A stretch of DNA of 64,000 bases. It comes from Minisyncoccota bacterium (lineage in GTDB: Bacteria; Patescibacteriota; Minisyncoccia; Phycocordibacterales; GWA1-40-21). The notes beneath the pieces are model-generated. The model did not search any database. It was not told where the DNA came from and saw only the letters and a list, made by a program, of their open reading frames with translations. Position 1 is the first letter of the stretch, and every line of letters begins with the position of its first letter. The stretch lies in NCBI GenBank assembly GCA_041664585.1, contig JBAYKL010000004.1:19775-83774 (forward strand). The letters are read 5' to 3'. Positions 63,836-64,000 of this stretch are shown piece after piece. The translations under genes and the position numbers were made by a program.

Positions 63836-64000
63836 TTTATTAATAATTAAACTTTTAATATATACGGATTATATCATTTTTATTTATAAATCACCTCAAG
63901 CGTTTTTTGTGTGTTTCTTCCAAATTTATCATTTGCCTTTAGTGTGAGGACATTATATCCATAGGAGAGAAGCATTTCTTCACTGAAATTTCCTTTTTCG

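Noticed and set aside
1-64000. tRNA/rRNA genes.
   Set aside because: No segment shows a GTTCRANYC T-loop with complementary acceptor arms, or rRNA-like conserved blocks. The GC-rich islands examined (13100-13360, 51140-51495) do not fold as tRNAs.
63840-64000. Possible partial gene at the right edge.
   Set aside because: It is too short and featureless to assign a frame or strand with confidence.

Overview
This 64-kb window looks like a contiguous chromosomal segment from a low-GC, gene-dense bacterium with a reduced genome and scrambled operon order, which suggests a Patescibacteria/CPR-like organism. That lineage call is inference only. Everything translates cleanly in the standard code, so UGA is not recoded.

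The window spans the replication-origin neighbourhood and many housekeeping genes. At the origin, rpmH-rnpA-yidC-jag lie on the minus strand, diverging from dnaA-dnaN, with DnaA boxes and an AT-rich repeat on both flanks of dnaA. The housekeeping set includes six aminoacyl-tRNA synthetases (tyrS, metG, argS, ileS, glyQS), polA, ruvC/ruvB, recA, recO, nusA, tig, secE-nusG-rplK, rpsF-ssb-rpsR-efp, tsaE, a class A PBP and folD. Seven linked genes form a dTMP-synthesis supercluster (dCMP deaminase, unknown P-loop kinase, tmk, folA, thyA, glyA, dut).

Accessory content is concentrated in a surface/pilus theme. There are two PilB-type ATPases, a pilB-pilC-three-prepilin operon, and three paralogous giant secreted proteins built from cysteine-rich repeats plus LamG/ConA-like domains. 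One of these is driven by a promoter with a G8 tract in its spacer. Two tandem genes encode small secreted Pro/Tyr/His-rich proteins, each with its own consensus promoter and terminator.

The most striking single observations are listed below.
- A complete histidine-phosphatase (PGAM-signature RHG) domain is inserted in-frame inside IleRS.
- An unannotated secE carries an apparent 1-nt frameshift.
- Two non-coding structured regions are present: a GC-rich ~390-nt island upstream of ileS, and a promoter-to-terminator unit containing a 25-bp long-range inverted repeat between ruvB and pilB.
- A hairpin-U attenuator sits in the nusA leader.
- Several mRNAs appear leaderless.

No CRISPR array, tRNA, rRNA or recognisable transposase/integrase was found.
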